Assembly (NCBI GenBank): GCA_035518095.1
Contig: DATIXX010000020.1
Coordinates: 697-64,696 of the forward strand
Length of the DNA stretch: 64,000 bases
Direction: 5' to 3'
Source: Burkholderiales bacterium
Lineage (GTDB): Bacteria > Pseudomonadota > Gammaproteobacteria > Burkholderiales > JAHFRG01
In this document: in pieces, positions 55,708 to 64,000 of the stretch
Layout of the letters: every line of letters starts with the position of its first letter
Numbering within the stretch: position 1 is the stretch's first letter
Notes under the pieces: generated by a model
What the model was told of the DNA's origin: nothing
The model's database searches: none
What the model saw: the letters and a program-made list of their open reading frames with translations, nothing else
Position numbers and translations under genes: made by a program

Positions 55708-56406
55708 ATGATAGATGTAAGAAAGAGCTCTGACCGTGGTTATTTCGATCACGGTTGGCTTAAGACGTACCATACTTTTTCTTTTGCGGATTATTTCGAC
55801 CGTGAGCAGATGGGCTACGGCAGCCTGCGCGTCATCAACGAAGATTATGTTAAAGCGGGGAAAGGCTTCGGAACGCATCCCCACCGCGATATGGAAATTA
55901 TCACTTATATTTTAGAAGGTCAATTGGCGCATAAAGACAGCATGGGGAACGGCTCGATAATCAAGCCCGGCGACGTGCAGCGGATGAGTGCGGGAACCGG
56001 CGTAACCCACAGCGAGTTCAATGCGTCGCAAGATGCGCTTGTGCATCTTCTGCAAATATGGATTTTGCCAAAATACACCGGGTTGCAGCCGAGCTATGAG
56101 CAAAGATATTTTGACACCCAGGAAAAACGGGATAAATTGCGCTTGGTCGCGTCTCCGGACGGTCGCGACGGTTCCGTCACCATTCACCAGGATGCCTTGA
56201 TGTACGCCGCGACATTGAGCCAAAACAAAGAACTGCGCCACCCGCTTGCCAACGGCCGGCGCGCGTACGTCCAAGTTGCGCGCGGCGCGCTCAAATTAAA
56301 CGGTGAGCACCTTAGTGCGGGGGATGGCGCAAAAATCAGCGGTGAGAAGGCGGTGAAGGTTAATGCTGCAGCTGAAAGCGAATTGCTTTTGTTTGATCTT
56401 GAATGA
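55708..56406 (+). CDS. Pirin-family protein
   Basis: FGTHPHRDMEIITYILEG and the two-cupin layout match the family. I chose the ATG at 55708. Confidence 0.9.
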   Translation: MIDVRKSSDRGYFDHGWLKTYHTFSFADYFDREQMGYGSLRVINEDYVKAGKGFGTHPHRDMEIITYILEGQLAHKDSMGNGSIIKPGDVQRMSAGTGVTHSEFNASQDALVHLLQIWILPKYTGLQPSYEQRYFDTQEKRDKLRLVASPDGRDGSVTIHQDALMYAATLSQNKELRHPLANGRRAYVQVARGALKLNGEHLSAGDGAKISGEKAVKVNAAAESELLLFDLE

Positions 56407-56432
56407 GCTGATTCAATGAAAGGAGCACAGTC

Positions 56433-56861
56433 ATGAACAAAACGTGTGAAATGACCAAGCAATATGCACCGCTCATCGGGCGCATTTTGCTGGCAGCAAT
56501 ATTCGTCATTTCAGGTTTCGGTAAGATCATGGCATTTCACGCGACCGCGGGTTACATGGCGAGTCGCGGGTTGCCAATTGCGGAAGTGCTTTTGGTACCC
56601 ACCATAATTATTGAGTTGGGCGGGGGGCTGATGCTGCTTTTGGGGTGGAATGCGCGCTGGGCAGCGCTGGCGCTTTTCCTATTTATCATTCCCACCACGC
56701 TCATTTTTCATCCATTCTGGATTGCTGACGCGACGCAAATGCAAAACAAGGTAAACTTTCTGAAGAATCTTGCGATTATGGGCGGCATGCTGTACGTCAT
56801 GGCTTACGGCTCCGGCCGATTCAGTTTGGGCAAGAAGGACACGTGCGGAGACAATCCGTGA
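56433..56861 (+). CDS. DoxX-family membrane protein
   Basis: 142 aa with 4 TM segments; GRILLAAIFVISGFGKI is typical of DoxX. Confidence 0.8.
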   Translation: MNKTCEMTKQYAPLIGRILLAAIFVISGFGKIMAFHATAGYMASRGLPIAEVLLVPTIIIELGGGLMLLLGWNARWAALALFLFIIPTTLIFHPFWIADATQMQNKVNFLKNLAIMGGMLYVMAYGSGRFSLGKKDTCGDNP

Positions 56862-57463
56862 TTGTAGAGAAGAAGGCCCAAACCGCGACCGCTATACACG
56901 ATATCATCGCCAGGCGCTGGAGTCCGCGCGCTTTTGAGGAATCGAAACCGGTAAGCCGCGGACAGGTAATGGCGCTGCTGGAAGCGGCGCGCTGGGCGCC
57001 TTCCTGCTCTGCCGCCGAGCCGTGGCGCTATTTGATTTGGGACCGCTACCGTGATCCCGCATCGTGGCAAAAAGCGTTCGAATGCCTCTCCGAAGGCAAC
57101 CAGGTATGGGTGAAAAACGCGCCGCTGCTTCTGGCTTCGGTCGCCAGCAGCCAGTTCGAGCAAAGCGGCAAACCCAACCGCTGGGGACAGCACGACACGG
57201 GCGCAGCGAGCGAAAACCTGGTGCTGCAAGCTGTGGCACTGGGGTTGGCGGCGCACCAGATGGGCGGCTTCGACGCTGATAAGTTGTGTGAAAGATTTTC
57301 CATTCCTGCGGGCTATGCGCCGATGGCGATGATCGCGGTCGGCTATCAAGCAGATCCTGAAATTCTGCCGGCGGAAATCAAGGCGCGCGAACTCGGGCCG
57401 AGAGCACGCAGACCGCTCGGCGAAAAATTCTTTGAAGGTACCTGGGGCGCGCCGGTTATCTGA
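56843..57463 (+). CDS. Nitroreductase-family protein
   Basis: IIARRWSPRAF and EAARWAPSCSAAEPW are present. The exact start is uncertain. Confidence 0.8.
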   Translation: MRRQSVIVEKKAQTATAIHDIIARRWSPRAFEESKPVSRGQVMALLEAARWAPSCSAAEPWRYLIWDRYRDPASWQKAFECLSEGNQVWVKNAPLLLASVASSQFEQSGKPNRWGQHDTGAASENLVLQAVALGLAAHQMGGFDADKLCERFSIPAGYAPMAMIAVGYQADPEILPAEIKARELGPRARRPLGEKFFEGTWGAPVI

Positions 57464-57499
57464 ATTCCGAGTCCGCCGGATGCATTTCGGCTCTGCCAA

Positions 57500-58228
57500 T
57501 CAATGGTGGAGGATCTTTGACAGGAATTGCTGCGCGCGCTCCGAGCGCGGTTTGGCGAAGAATTTATCCTTCTCATCGTCCTCCACAATTCTACCCTGGT
57601 CCATGAAAATTACCCGGTGAGCGACTCTGCGAGCAAAACCCATCTCGTGGGTTACGCACATCATGGTCATGCCCTCCCGGGCCAGCTCGACCATTACATC
57701 GAGCACCTCGTTGATCATCTCCGGATCGAGCGCGGAGGTCGGCTCGTCGAACAGCATGGCAATTGGATCCATCGCCAGCGCGCGGGCAATAGCCACACGC
57801 TGCTGCTGCCCACCCGAGAGCTGGCCGGGAAACTTGGCGACATGTGCGGTGAGGCCGACGCGCTCGAGCATTTTAAAGCCTCGCGCCACCGCTTCCTCGC
57901 GGCTTCGACCCAAAACCTTGATTTGCGCCAAGGTCAGATTGTCGGTTATGGTCATGTGGGGAAACAACTCAAAGTTCTGAAATACCATACCGATGCGGGC
58001 GCGAAGCTTGGGCAAATTGGTCTTTTTAGCGCCCACCGAAACGCCATCCACCGTAACCGTGCCTTTCTGGAACGGCTCCAGGGCGTTGACGCACTTGATC
58101 AGCGTCGATTTGCCTGAGCCCGACGGCCCGCAGACGACCACGACCTCGCCTTTCTTTACGTGGGTCGTGCAGTCGGTCAGCACCTGGAAACTACCGTACC
58201 ACTTGCTGACATTGCTGATCGAGATCAT
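57500..58228 (-). CDS. gltL: Polar amino-acid ABC transporter ATPase
   Basis: Walker [10 protein letters not shown], signature LSGGQQQR and Walker [12 protein letters not shown] are present. The ATG at 58228 overlaps the gltK stop. Confidence 0.9.
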   Translation of the reverse strand: MISISNVSKWYGSFQVLTDCTTHVKKGEVVVVCGPSGSGKSTLIKCVNALEPFQKGTVTVDGVSVGAKKTNLPKLRARIGMVFQNFELFPHMTITDNLTLAQIKVLGRSREEAVARGFKMLERVGLTAHVAKFPGQLSGGQQQRVAIARALAMDPIAMLFDEPTSALDPEMINEVLDVMVELAREGMTMMCVTHEMGFARRVAHRVIFMDQGRIVEDDEKDKFFAKPRSERAQQFLSKILHH

Positions 58229-58899
58229 TTGGCGAGCCTGCGCTGGTATTGTCTGACCAGGAGGGAGGCACCGAAGCAAATCACGAAATACACCGCCCCC
58301 GCAAACAGCAGCAGTTCAACGATGCGACCGTCGCGATCGCCCACCTTGTATGCGGCGCCAAAAAAGTCAGCCAGACCGATCACATATACAAGCGATGTGT
58401 CCTGAAAAAGTATGATTGCCTGAGTGAGCAGCAGGGGAATCATGTTGCGGAAAGCCTGCGGCAATACCACCAGGCGCATCGCTTGGCTATAAGTAAGCCC
58501 GAGTGCGTATGCAGCGCTCACCTGGCCGCGTGGAACGCTTTGAATCCCGGCGCGGATAATCTCGGAATAATACGCGGCCTCGAACAGCGCGAATGCTGTG
58601 AAGGCCGAGGCAAGGCGAATGTCCGCGATCCCCTCGCCGAAAATCGCCTTTAGCAGCGATGGCACTATCAGGAAGAACCAGAGGATGACCATGACCAGCG
58701 GCACGGAGCGGAACAGGTTTACATAGCCGGCAGCGAGCCATGCCACCGTGCGGTTTGCAGACAGGCGCATCACTGCGAGCAGCGCGCCCCAGATTATGCC
58801 GACAACAATAGCGACGCCGGTAATCTCCAACGTGGTTTTCGCCCCCGTCCACAAGTACGGTACCGCGCCGGGGATGGAACTCCAGTCAAAATCGTACAT
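58225..58899 (-). CDS. gltK: Polar amino-acid ABC transporter permease
   Basis: It is HisM/GltK-like, with the EAA loop [21 protein letters not shown]. Confidence 0.85.
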   Translation of the reverse strand: MYDFDWSSIPGAVPYLWTGAKTTLEITGVAIVVGIIWGALLAVMRLSANRTVAWLAAGYVNLFRSVPLVMVILWFFLIVPSLLKAIFGEGIADIRLASAFTAFALFEAAYYSEIIRAGIQSVPRGQVSAAYALGLTYSQAMRLVVLPQAFRNMIPLLLTQAIILFQDTSLVYVIGLADFFGAAYKVGDRDGRIVELLLFAGAVYFVICFGASLLVRQYQRRLAK

Positions 58900-59640
58900 T
58901 TATTTGCCTGTAGTGATAAACCCGGGGATGCGGGCGCGCAACTCGACCCAGCGCATGAAAGCCATAATGATGACGTTCAGTATAAGGTAGGCTAACGTCA
59001 CAACAATGAATGCCTCATAGGGTTGGGCGGTGTAATCCACCAGCTGCTGCGCCTGGCGCGACAGTTCGACAAAGCCGATGGTCGAAATTACCGCGGAATT
59101 CTTGAATATGTTGAGAAACTCCGAGGTGAGTGGCGGGATGATGATGCGAAACGCCATTGGCAAGAGTACGTACCGGTAGGTTTGTGGCAGAGTCAGACCG
59201 GTCGCCAGCGCTGCGTTTTTCTGTCCCTTCGAGAGCGCTCCAATGCCCGAACGTACCTGTTCGCAAACACGAGCGGCGGTGAACAGCCCAAGACAAAGCA
59301 TGCCGGCCAGGAACTGCTGCAGAAGCGGTGGCGAGCTCTTGATGGCTGTGCCGATCGAAACCGGCAGCAGCTCAGGTACTACGAAGTACCAGATAAAGAG
59401 CTGCACCAGCAACGGGATATTGCGAAAAATCTCGACGTACGCCGCCGCGGGGCCGGAAAGCCAGCGGTTGGGAACGGTGCGCATTACCCCGAGCAGCGCT
59501 CCAATGACGAGCGCGAGGATCCATGAAGACAGGGATATGATTACCGTCCACTGCAGCCCCTGGAGGAACCAGCCGAGATAGGTAGTTCCTCCCGAGGGAA
59601 CCTTGGCAAAGAATATACCCCAGTTCCAATGGTAAGCCAT
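58900..59640 (-). CDS. gltJ: Polar amino-acid ABC transporter permease
   Basis: The EAA-type loop AARVCEQVRSGIGALSKGQ is present. The gene abuts gltK. Confidence 0.85.
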   Translation of the reverse strand: MAYHWNWGIFFAKVPSGGTTYLGWFLQGLQWTVIISLSSWILALVIGALLGVMRTVPNRWLSGPAAAYVEIFRNIPLLVQLFIWYFVVPELLPVSIGTAIKSSPPLLQQFLAGMLCLGLFTAARVCEQVRSGIGALSKGQKNAALATGLTLPQTYRYVLLPMAFRIIIPPLTSEFLNIFKNSAVISTIGFVELSRQAQQLVDYTAQPYEAFIVVTLAYLILNVIIMAFMRWVELRARIPGFITTGK

Positions 59641-59669
59641 CTCGCCCCGTCGCTACATCAGTTGTCAGC

Positions 59670-60569
59670 TTACTGGAAGGCCTTGTCGTTGGGGTCCTTG
59701 AAAAGTTTCTTCATGTCGTCGCTCAAGGGGAAGTCCAGATTGAGTCCCTTTGGGGGAATTGGTGATCTAAACCATTTGTCGTAAAGCTTTACAGCCGCGC
59801 CGCTGGTCTCAAGGTCGGCAATGGTTTGGTCCGCGAGCTTCTTGAATGCGGTATCGCCCTTGCGCAGCATGCAACCGTAGGCCTCGTAGGATTGCGGCGT
59901 GCCGACCACGATCCATTCCGCGGGGTTCCTCGCCTTCGCGCGCTCGCCGTACAGCAGCGCGTCATCCATCATAAACGCCACGGCGCGCCCCGTTTCCAGT
60001 GTAAGGAACGCCTCGCCGTGGTCCTTGGCGCTGATGATGTTCATCTGCATGTGCTTTTCCGCATTCATTTTGCGCAGCAACTGTTCAGAGGTCGTGCCGG
60101 CCGTGGTCACCACGTTTTTCCCCGCGAGGTCCGGAAAGTCCTTGATCCCGGAGCCGGATTTGGTCATCAGCCGCGTACCGATGACGAAGATCGTGTCGGT
60201 GAAGTCGACTTGTTTCTGTCGCTCAAGGTTATTGGTGGTTGAGCCGCACTCCAAGTCCACCGTGCCGTTTTGGATGAGCTGAATGCGGTTGGCCGGAGTT
60301 ACGGGTATCAGCTTGACATCCAGGTTGGGCTGCTTGAGTTCCGCCTTGACCGCATCCACGATCTTTGTTGCGATCGCAAATGAATAGCCGACAACCTGCT
60401 GCTTATTGTCGTAATAGGAAAACGGGATCGACGACTCGCGGTACGCTAGGACGATGGTGTTGGTATCCTTGATTTTCTTGAGGGTGCCGGTAAGTTCCTG
60501 GGCGAGGGCGGGCGCAGCGAATACCGCGTATGCGGCGAACACCAAAAGCAGGCGGGACGAGCGGCTCAT
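59670..60569 (-). CDS. gltI: Glutamate/aspartate ABC transporter periplasmic binding protein
   Basis: AGGAGG lies upstream of the ATG at 60569. A signal peptide and the family-3 SBP motifs (DLECGSTTNN) are present. Confidence 0.85.
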   Translation of the reverse strand: MSRSSRLLLVFAAYAVFAAPALAQELTGTLKKIKDTNTIVLAYRESSIPFSYYDNKQQVVGYSFAIATKIVDAVKAELKQPNLDVKLIPVTPANRIQLIQNGTVDLECGSTTNNLERQKQVDFTDTIFVIGTRLMTKSGSGIKDFPDLAGKNVVTTAGTTSEQLLRKMNAEKHMQMNIISAKDHGEAFLTLETGRAVAFMMDDALLYGERAKARNPAEWIVVGTPQSYEAYGCMLRKGDTAFKKLADQTIADLETSGAAVKLYDKWFRSPIPPKGLNLDFPLSDDMKKLFKDPNDKAFQ

Positions 60570-60920
60570 GAATTCCTCCTTGTAGAATATCCCTGGGTTC
60601 GTTGTTGTAGCAGTCTGGCGGCGCATCCTGAGCCGACCATCTTTTTTAATCTAGCCGATGGGCATTTTATTGTCCAGCAGTATATATTGATCATTCTGCA
60701 TTGGCTGATGGGGAATTGTCGGTCGCTTATGTCCGTGCGCAGATAAGCACCGGTGTTCACCGAAAAATAAGCCCCGACTCTATTCTGGAACGCGGCCCGC
60801 GCGCGCATTTTTGCGCCTTATGCGGAACGGAACAGAAACCTGGGGCGATGGACCAAACTCGCGGCGCCAAGGTGGCGCGAAGCTTGATGGGTAGTTGGAA
60901 AATCTTTTTAGGAGAGCCAA

Positions 60921-62342
60921 ATGTCAGATGTCTTAAGGCGATCTGAACACGATCTGCTAGGCGAACGCCAAGTCCCGGCAAGCGCCTACTACGGTGTGCA
61001 CACGCTGCGTGCAATTGAAAATTTCTCGATAACTGGCACGCCTGTCTCGATTTACCCGGAGCTGATCAATGCCCTTGCCTGCGTCAAGCAGGCGGCCGCG
61101 CTCACCAACAATGGGCTTGGGCTGCTCGACAGGGAAAAAACCGAGGCTATCGTCCGGGCTTGCGAAGAAATCCGTGCAGGAAAATTGCACGACCAATTTG
61201 TCGTCGATGTAATCCAAGGCGGCGCGGGCACATCCACCAACATGAACGCCAATGAGGTGATCGCTAACCGCGGTTTGGAACTGCTGGGCCGCCGGCGTGG
61301 GGAGTATCAATATCTGCACCCGAATGAACATGTCAATATGAGCCAGAGTACGAATGACGTCTACCCAACTGCGGTAAAAGTGGCATTACATTTTGCCATC
61401 TCGCGTCTGGTGGACGCGATGAGCGAGCTGCGGCGTGCTTTTGAGGCCAAGGCTTTAGAGTTTGCGGAAATTTTGAAAATGGGACGTACCCAGCTGCAGG
61501 ACGCGGTACCTATGACCCTTGGCCAGGAGTTCAGCACCTACGCGGTCATGCTAGGGGAGGATGAAGAGCGTCTGAAAGAAGCTTCCGCGCTGATTCAGGA
61601 AATCAATCTGGGAGCAACCGCGATCGGCACGGGAATCAACGCCCATCCGGATTACGCAGCGGCGGTGTGCCGACACCTCGCAAACATTACCGGAATTCCG
61701 CTGGTTACTGCGATCAATCTGGTGGAGGCAACTCAGGATGCAGGAGCGTTTGTGCAGCTCTCGGGGGTGCTCAAACGGGTGGCAGTGAAGCTTTCCAAGA
61801 CTTGCAATGACCTCAGGCTGCTTTCGTCAGGGCCGCGCGCCGGTCTCGGTGAAATCAATTTGCCGCCAGTGCAGGCGGGTTCCAGCATCATGCCGGGCAA
61901 AGTCAATCCTGTTATTCCGGAAGTCATGAATCAAATCGCCTTCGAGGTGATAGGCAACGACATTACCGTGAGTTTTGCCGCTGAAGCGGGCCAGCTTCAG
62001 CTCAATGCCTTTGAGCCCATAATAACCCACAGCCTGTTCAAGAGTTTAAAACATTTGCATGCCGGCTGCCTCACTCTTGCCAAGCGTTGCGTGGCCGGCA
62101 TCACTGCAAACCGCGAGCAATTGCAGCGCAGCGTCGAACGCTCCATCGGTATCGTCACTGCGCTCAACCCGTACATCGGCTATGCTAACGCCACTGTAGT
62201 GGCCCAGGAGGCGCTAAACACCGGCAGAACCGTCTATGAGCTGGTGTTAGAGAAAAAACTTCTGACAAAAGCAGAGCTCGACAATATCTTGCAGCCCGAA
62301 ATCCTAATCAAACCGCGTCCGATCCCGCTGGCGAGGGAGTAA
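60921..62342 (+). CDS. aspA: Aspartate ammonia-lyase
   Basis: The fumarate-lyase signature GSSIMPGKVNP, plus TNMNANEV and the overall AspA-like sequence, support the call. Confidence 0.95.
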   Translation: MSDVLRRSEHDLLGERQVPASAYYGVHTLRAIENFSITGTPVSIYPELINALACVKQAAALTNNGLGLLDREKTEAIVRACEEIRAGKLHDQFVVDVIQGGAGTSTNMNANEVIANRGLELLGRRRGEYQYLHPNEHVNMSQSTNDVYPTAVKVALHFAISRLVDAMSELRRAFEAKALEFAEILKMGRTQLQDAVPMTLGQEFSTYAVMLGEDEERLKEASALIQEINLGATAIGTGINAHPDYAAAVCRHLANITGIPLVTAINLVEATQDAGAFVQLSGVLKRVAVKLSKTCNDLRLLSSGPRAGLGEINLPPVQAGSSIMPGKVNPVIPEVMNQIAFEVIGNDITVSFAAEAGQLQLNAFEPIITHSLFKSLKHLHAGCLTLAKRCVAGITANREQLQRSVERSIGIVTALNPYIGYANATVVAQEALNTGRTVYELVLEKKLLTKAELDNILQPEILIKPRPIPLARE

Positions 62343-62455
62343 GTCGTAGCGAGCGGGTCGTTTTACATTGGTGAACGCTCGGATGTCTTGAGCAGACTGC
62401 CATCGCGTCAATTCGCGGTGCTTAACCCGTTGCGAATCGGCGAGATGGTTCTTCT

Positions 62456-63373
62456 TTAAGGCTTGCAGATGATGGTGTCGAGAAACTTTTCGATTATTGT
62501 GGCAACTTGCGCCGGCTGCTCGAGGTGCAGCATGTGACCGGCGTCAGGAATCACACATTCGCTGAAATTTCTAAATGCGAGCTTGCGCTGGTCGAATTCC
62601 TCGGAGCTGTCCTTCAGCCAGTCCCGGATCCACGACGCGCCTCCGGCAACCCATAGCACCGGCGCAGTTACATTTCTCCAACAGGCCAGTGCTTCTTCCA
62701 GTCGGTAAAGTACCGCATTGACGATTTTGTGCTTCGGATCGCTCAGCAGTTCCACACCGCCTGTTTCGGTTTGTTTTGCCCAGTGCTGAGCAAGAAAAGC
62801 TGCCTGGCTTTCTGTCAGTCGCGGATTATTTTTCTTCAAGCGCTCCGCAACTTCCGCAAATGAAGCATAAGGTCTGAAGCGCGGCGGATTGGAAAGTTCC
62901 GCCAACCACCTGGCATAATGGTGCGGTGCTTCGCTGGGGGTGTTGCGCGGAACACCGAAGCCTTCCAAGGACACGATGCGTCTTACCCGCTCGGGTCTTA
63001 CACCGCCGTAAATGCAGGCCACTGTTCCCCCGAGGCTGTGCCCGACTAGATTGACCGGTGCATCCGGACTGCAGCAGTCAATCAGCGCGTCGAGATCAGC
63101 GAGGTAATCCTGGAACCAATACGTTCCTTGGTTCCATTCAGAGAGCCCGAAGCCGCGCCAGTCAGGCGCGAATACGCGCCAGTCTCGACTTAACGCGTCC
63201 ACCAGAAACTGAAACGAGGCCGATACATCCATCCAGCCGTGCAACAGGAACAGTTGGGGAGCGCCGGCCTTGCCCCAGGTACGCAGGTGATACCGCAGGC
63301 CGTTGATGTTTTGGTAAAGGGAATCGCTGGCTCTCATGATTTCGCTTTGTCGGCAATATGTGAGATGATTCAC
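62456..63373 (-). CDS. Alpha/beta-fold hydrolase
   Basis: HGWMD and the nucleophile elbow GHSLGG are present. The start is either the GTG at 63373 or the ATG at 63337. Confidence 0.8.
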   Translation of the reverse strand: MNHLTYCRQSEIMRASDSLYQNINGLRYHLRTWGKAGAPQLFLLHGWMDVSASFQFLVDALSRDWRVFAPDWRGFGLSEWNQGTYWFQDYLADLDALIDCCSPDAPVNLVGHSLGGTVACIYGGVRPERVRRIVSLEGFGVPRNTPSEAPHHYARWLAELSNPPRFRPYASFAEVAERLKKNNPRLTESQAAFLAQHWAKQTETGGVELLSDPKHKIVNAVLYRLEEALACWRNVTAPVLWVAGGASWIRDWLKDSSEEFDQRKLAFRNFSECVIPDAGHMLHLEQPAQVATIIEKFLDTIICKP

Positions 63374-63432
63374 TGCATAATGTTTTCGGAAAGCGTGAAC
63401 TGTAACTCACGCATCTTCTGGTGATCAATAGC

Positions 63433-64000
63433 ATGAAAAAACTATTTGCTATTGCGTCAAGCTTTTTGCTTGTCGTGGTGGCGGGTGTTACTTTTGCAGA
63501 CAATCCACCCGGAAAATTTTCCAAAGGTCTATTGTGGAGAATCGATAGCGCGAATGCCGAGCCGAGCTACATTTTTGGGACCATTCATCTCGACGATCCG
63601 CGCGTCACCAATTTGCCGGCGCCGGTGGAAAAGGCTTTTACGCGCAGTAAAAGCTTTACCATGGAAATGATTAATGACGAAACGAGCACCGAGAAATTTA
63701 CTGCATCAATGCTGCGAGCGGACGGAAGCGACCTGAAAGTTCTTCTAGGCGAACCCCTGTATACCAAGACCACTGAGATGATGGGTGAATATGGCATGCC
63801 GAGCGAGTTGACCGCGCAATTTAAACCTTGGGCACTGATGCTCACGTTGGTTCAGCCTAAGGAACGGCAAGGCGCGATAGTGGACGATGTGCTATATGAG
63901 CAGGCGCAGATACAGCACAAGCCGATTTACCAGTTGGAGACCATTGAAGAGCAGATCGAAGTGTTTGACGGCTTGGCCATGAATGTTCAAATAGGCCTAC
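63433..64000 (+). CDS. TraB/GumN-family protein, 3'-truncated by the window edge (not in the ORF track)
   Basis: My own translation from the ATG at 63433 is stop-free to nt 64000: MKKLFAIASSFLLVVVAGVTFA (signal), then GLLWRI..EPSYIFGTIHLDDPRV and KPWAL, typical of GumN/TraB. Confidence 0.7.
   Translation, partial: MKKLFAIASSFLLVVVAGVTFADNPPGKFSKGLLWRIDSANAEPSYIFGTIHLDDPRVTNLPAPVEKAFTRSKSFTMEMINDETSTEKFTASMLRADGSDLKVLLGEPLYTKTTEMMGEYGMPSELTAQFKPWALMLTLVQPKERQGAIVDDVLYEQAQIQHKPIYQLETIEEQIEVFDGLAMNVQIGL

Noticed and set aside
55362-55733. A 123-aa plus-strand ORF filling the trx-pirin spacer.
   Set aside because: It has no SD and a non-protein-like composition. It runs into the pirin start region, where the pirin ATG at 55708 has much better support. 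I treat the spacer as non-coding.
1-64000. A scan of the whole window for tRNA/rRNA genes, CRISPR arrays, IS elements/transposases, integrases, phage genes or toxin-antitoxin pairs.
   Set aside because: - No regularly spaced repeats.
- No tRNA-like T-arm (GTTCGAATC-type) sequences in the intergenic regions.
- No ORF with transposase, integrase or defence-system motifs.
- This was by-eye inspection only; tRNAscan-SE, Infernal, ISEScan and PADLOC would be the decisive checks.

Overview
A 64-kb chromosomal segment whose gene content indicates a methylotrophic proteobacterium; the taxon cannot be determined by eye.

Left third:
- a lutC fragment, glycogen genes glgB-malQ, a CPA2 antiporter overlapping ybdK, and an NhaD-like transporter;
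- a co-directional TRAP-transporter / 2x amidase / 2x hydroxyacid-dehydrogenase / AEC-permease cluster of unknown substrate.

Middle: a dense formaldehyde-oxidation island.
- fhcBADC, with gluQ and an O-methyltransferase overlapping its 3' end.
- mptG-mtdB-orf5-mch-mptN-orf7, then fae.
- H4MPT/methylofuran cofactor genes: MfnB/D/E/F-like, pabB, a DHPS-like protein and an AfpA/DmrB-like protein.
- A GAF-domain sigma-54 enhancer-binding protein sits at one end of the island. I found a near-consensus -24/-12 promoter directly upstream of mptG.

Right third:
- a fused SoxYZ-like thiol carrier plus a SoxH-like metallohydrolase, NDH-2, and a pterin carbinolamine dehydratase;
- a lanthanide-type xoxF (D-Y-D) with xoxG and xoxJ, followed by three tightly packed uncharacterised genes (S1 protease-TPR, a secreted protein, thioredoxin);
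- pirin/DoxX/nitroreductase, gltIJKL, aspA and an alpha/beta hydrolase;
- a TraB/GumN ORF that runs off the 3' edge and is absent from the ORF track.

I recognised no rRNA, tRNA, CRISPR, transposase or phage genes.

Best candidates for undescribed biology:
- the SoxYZ-like/SoxH-like module together with the xoxFGJ accessory genes;
- sigma-54/GAF control of the H4MPT operon;
- the structured, repeat-flanked xoxF leader;
- the TRAP-amidase cluster.

All functional calls come from motif and family recognition by eye. No searches were run.
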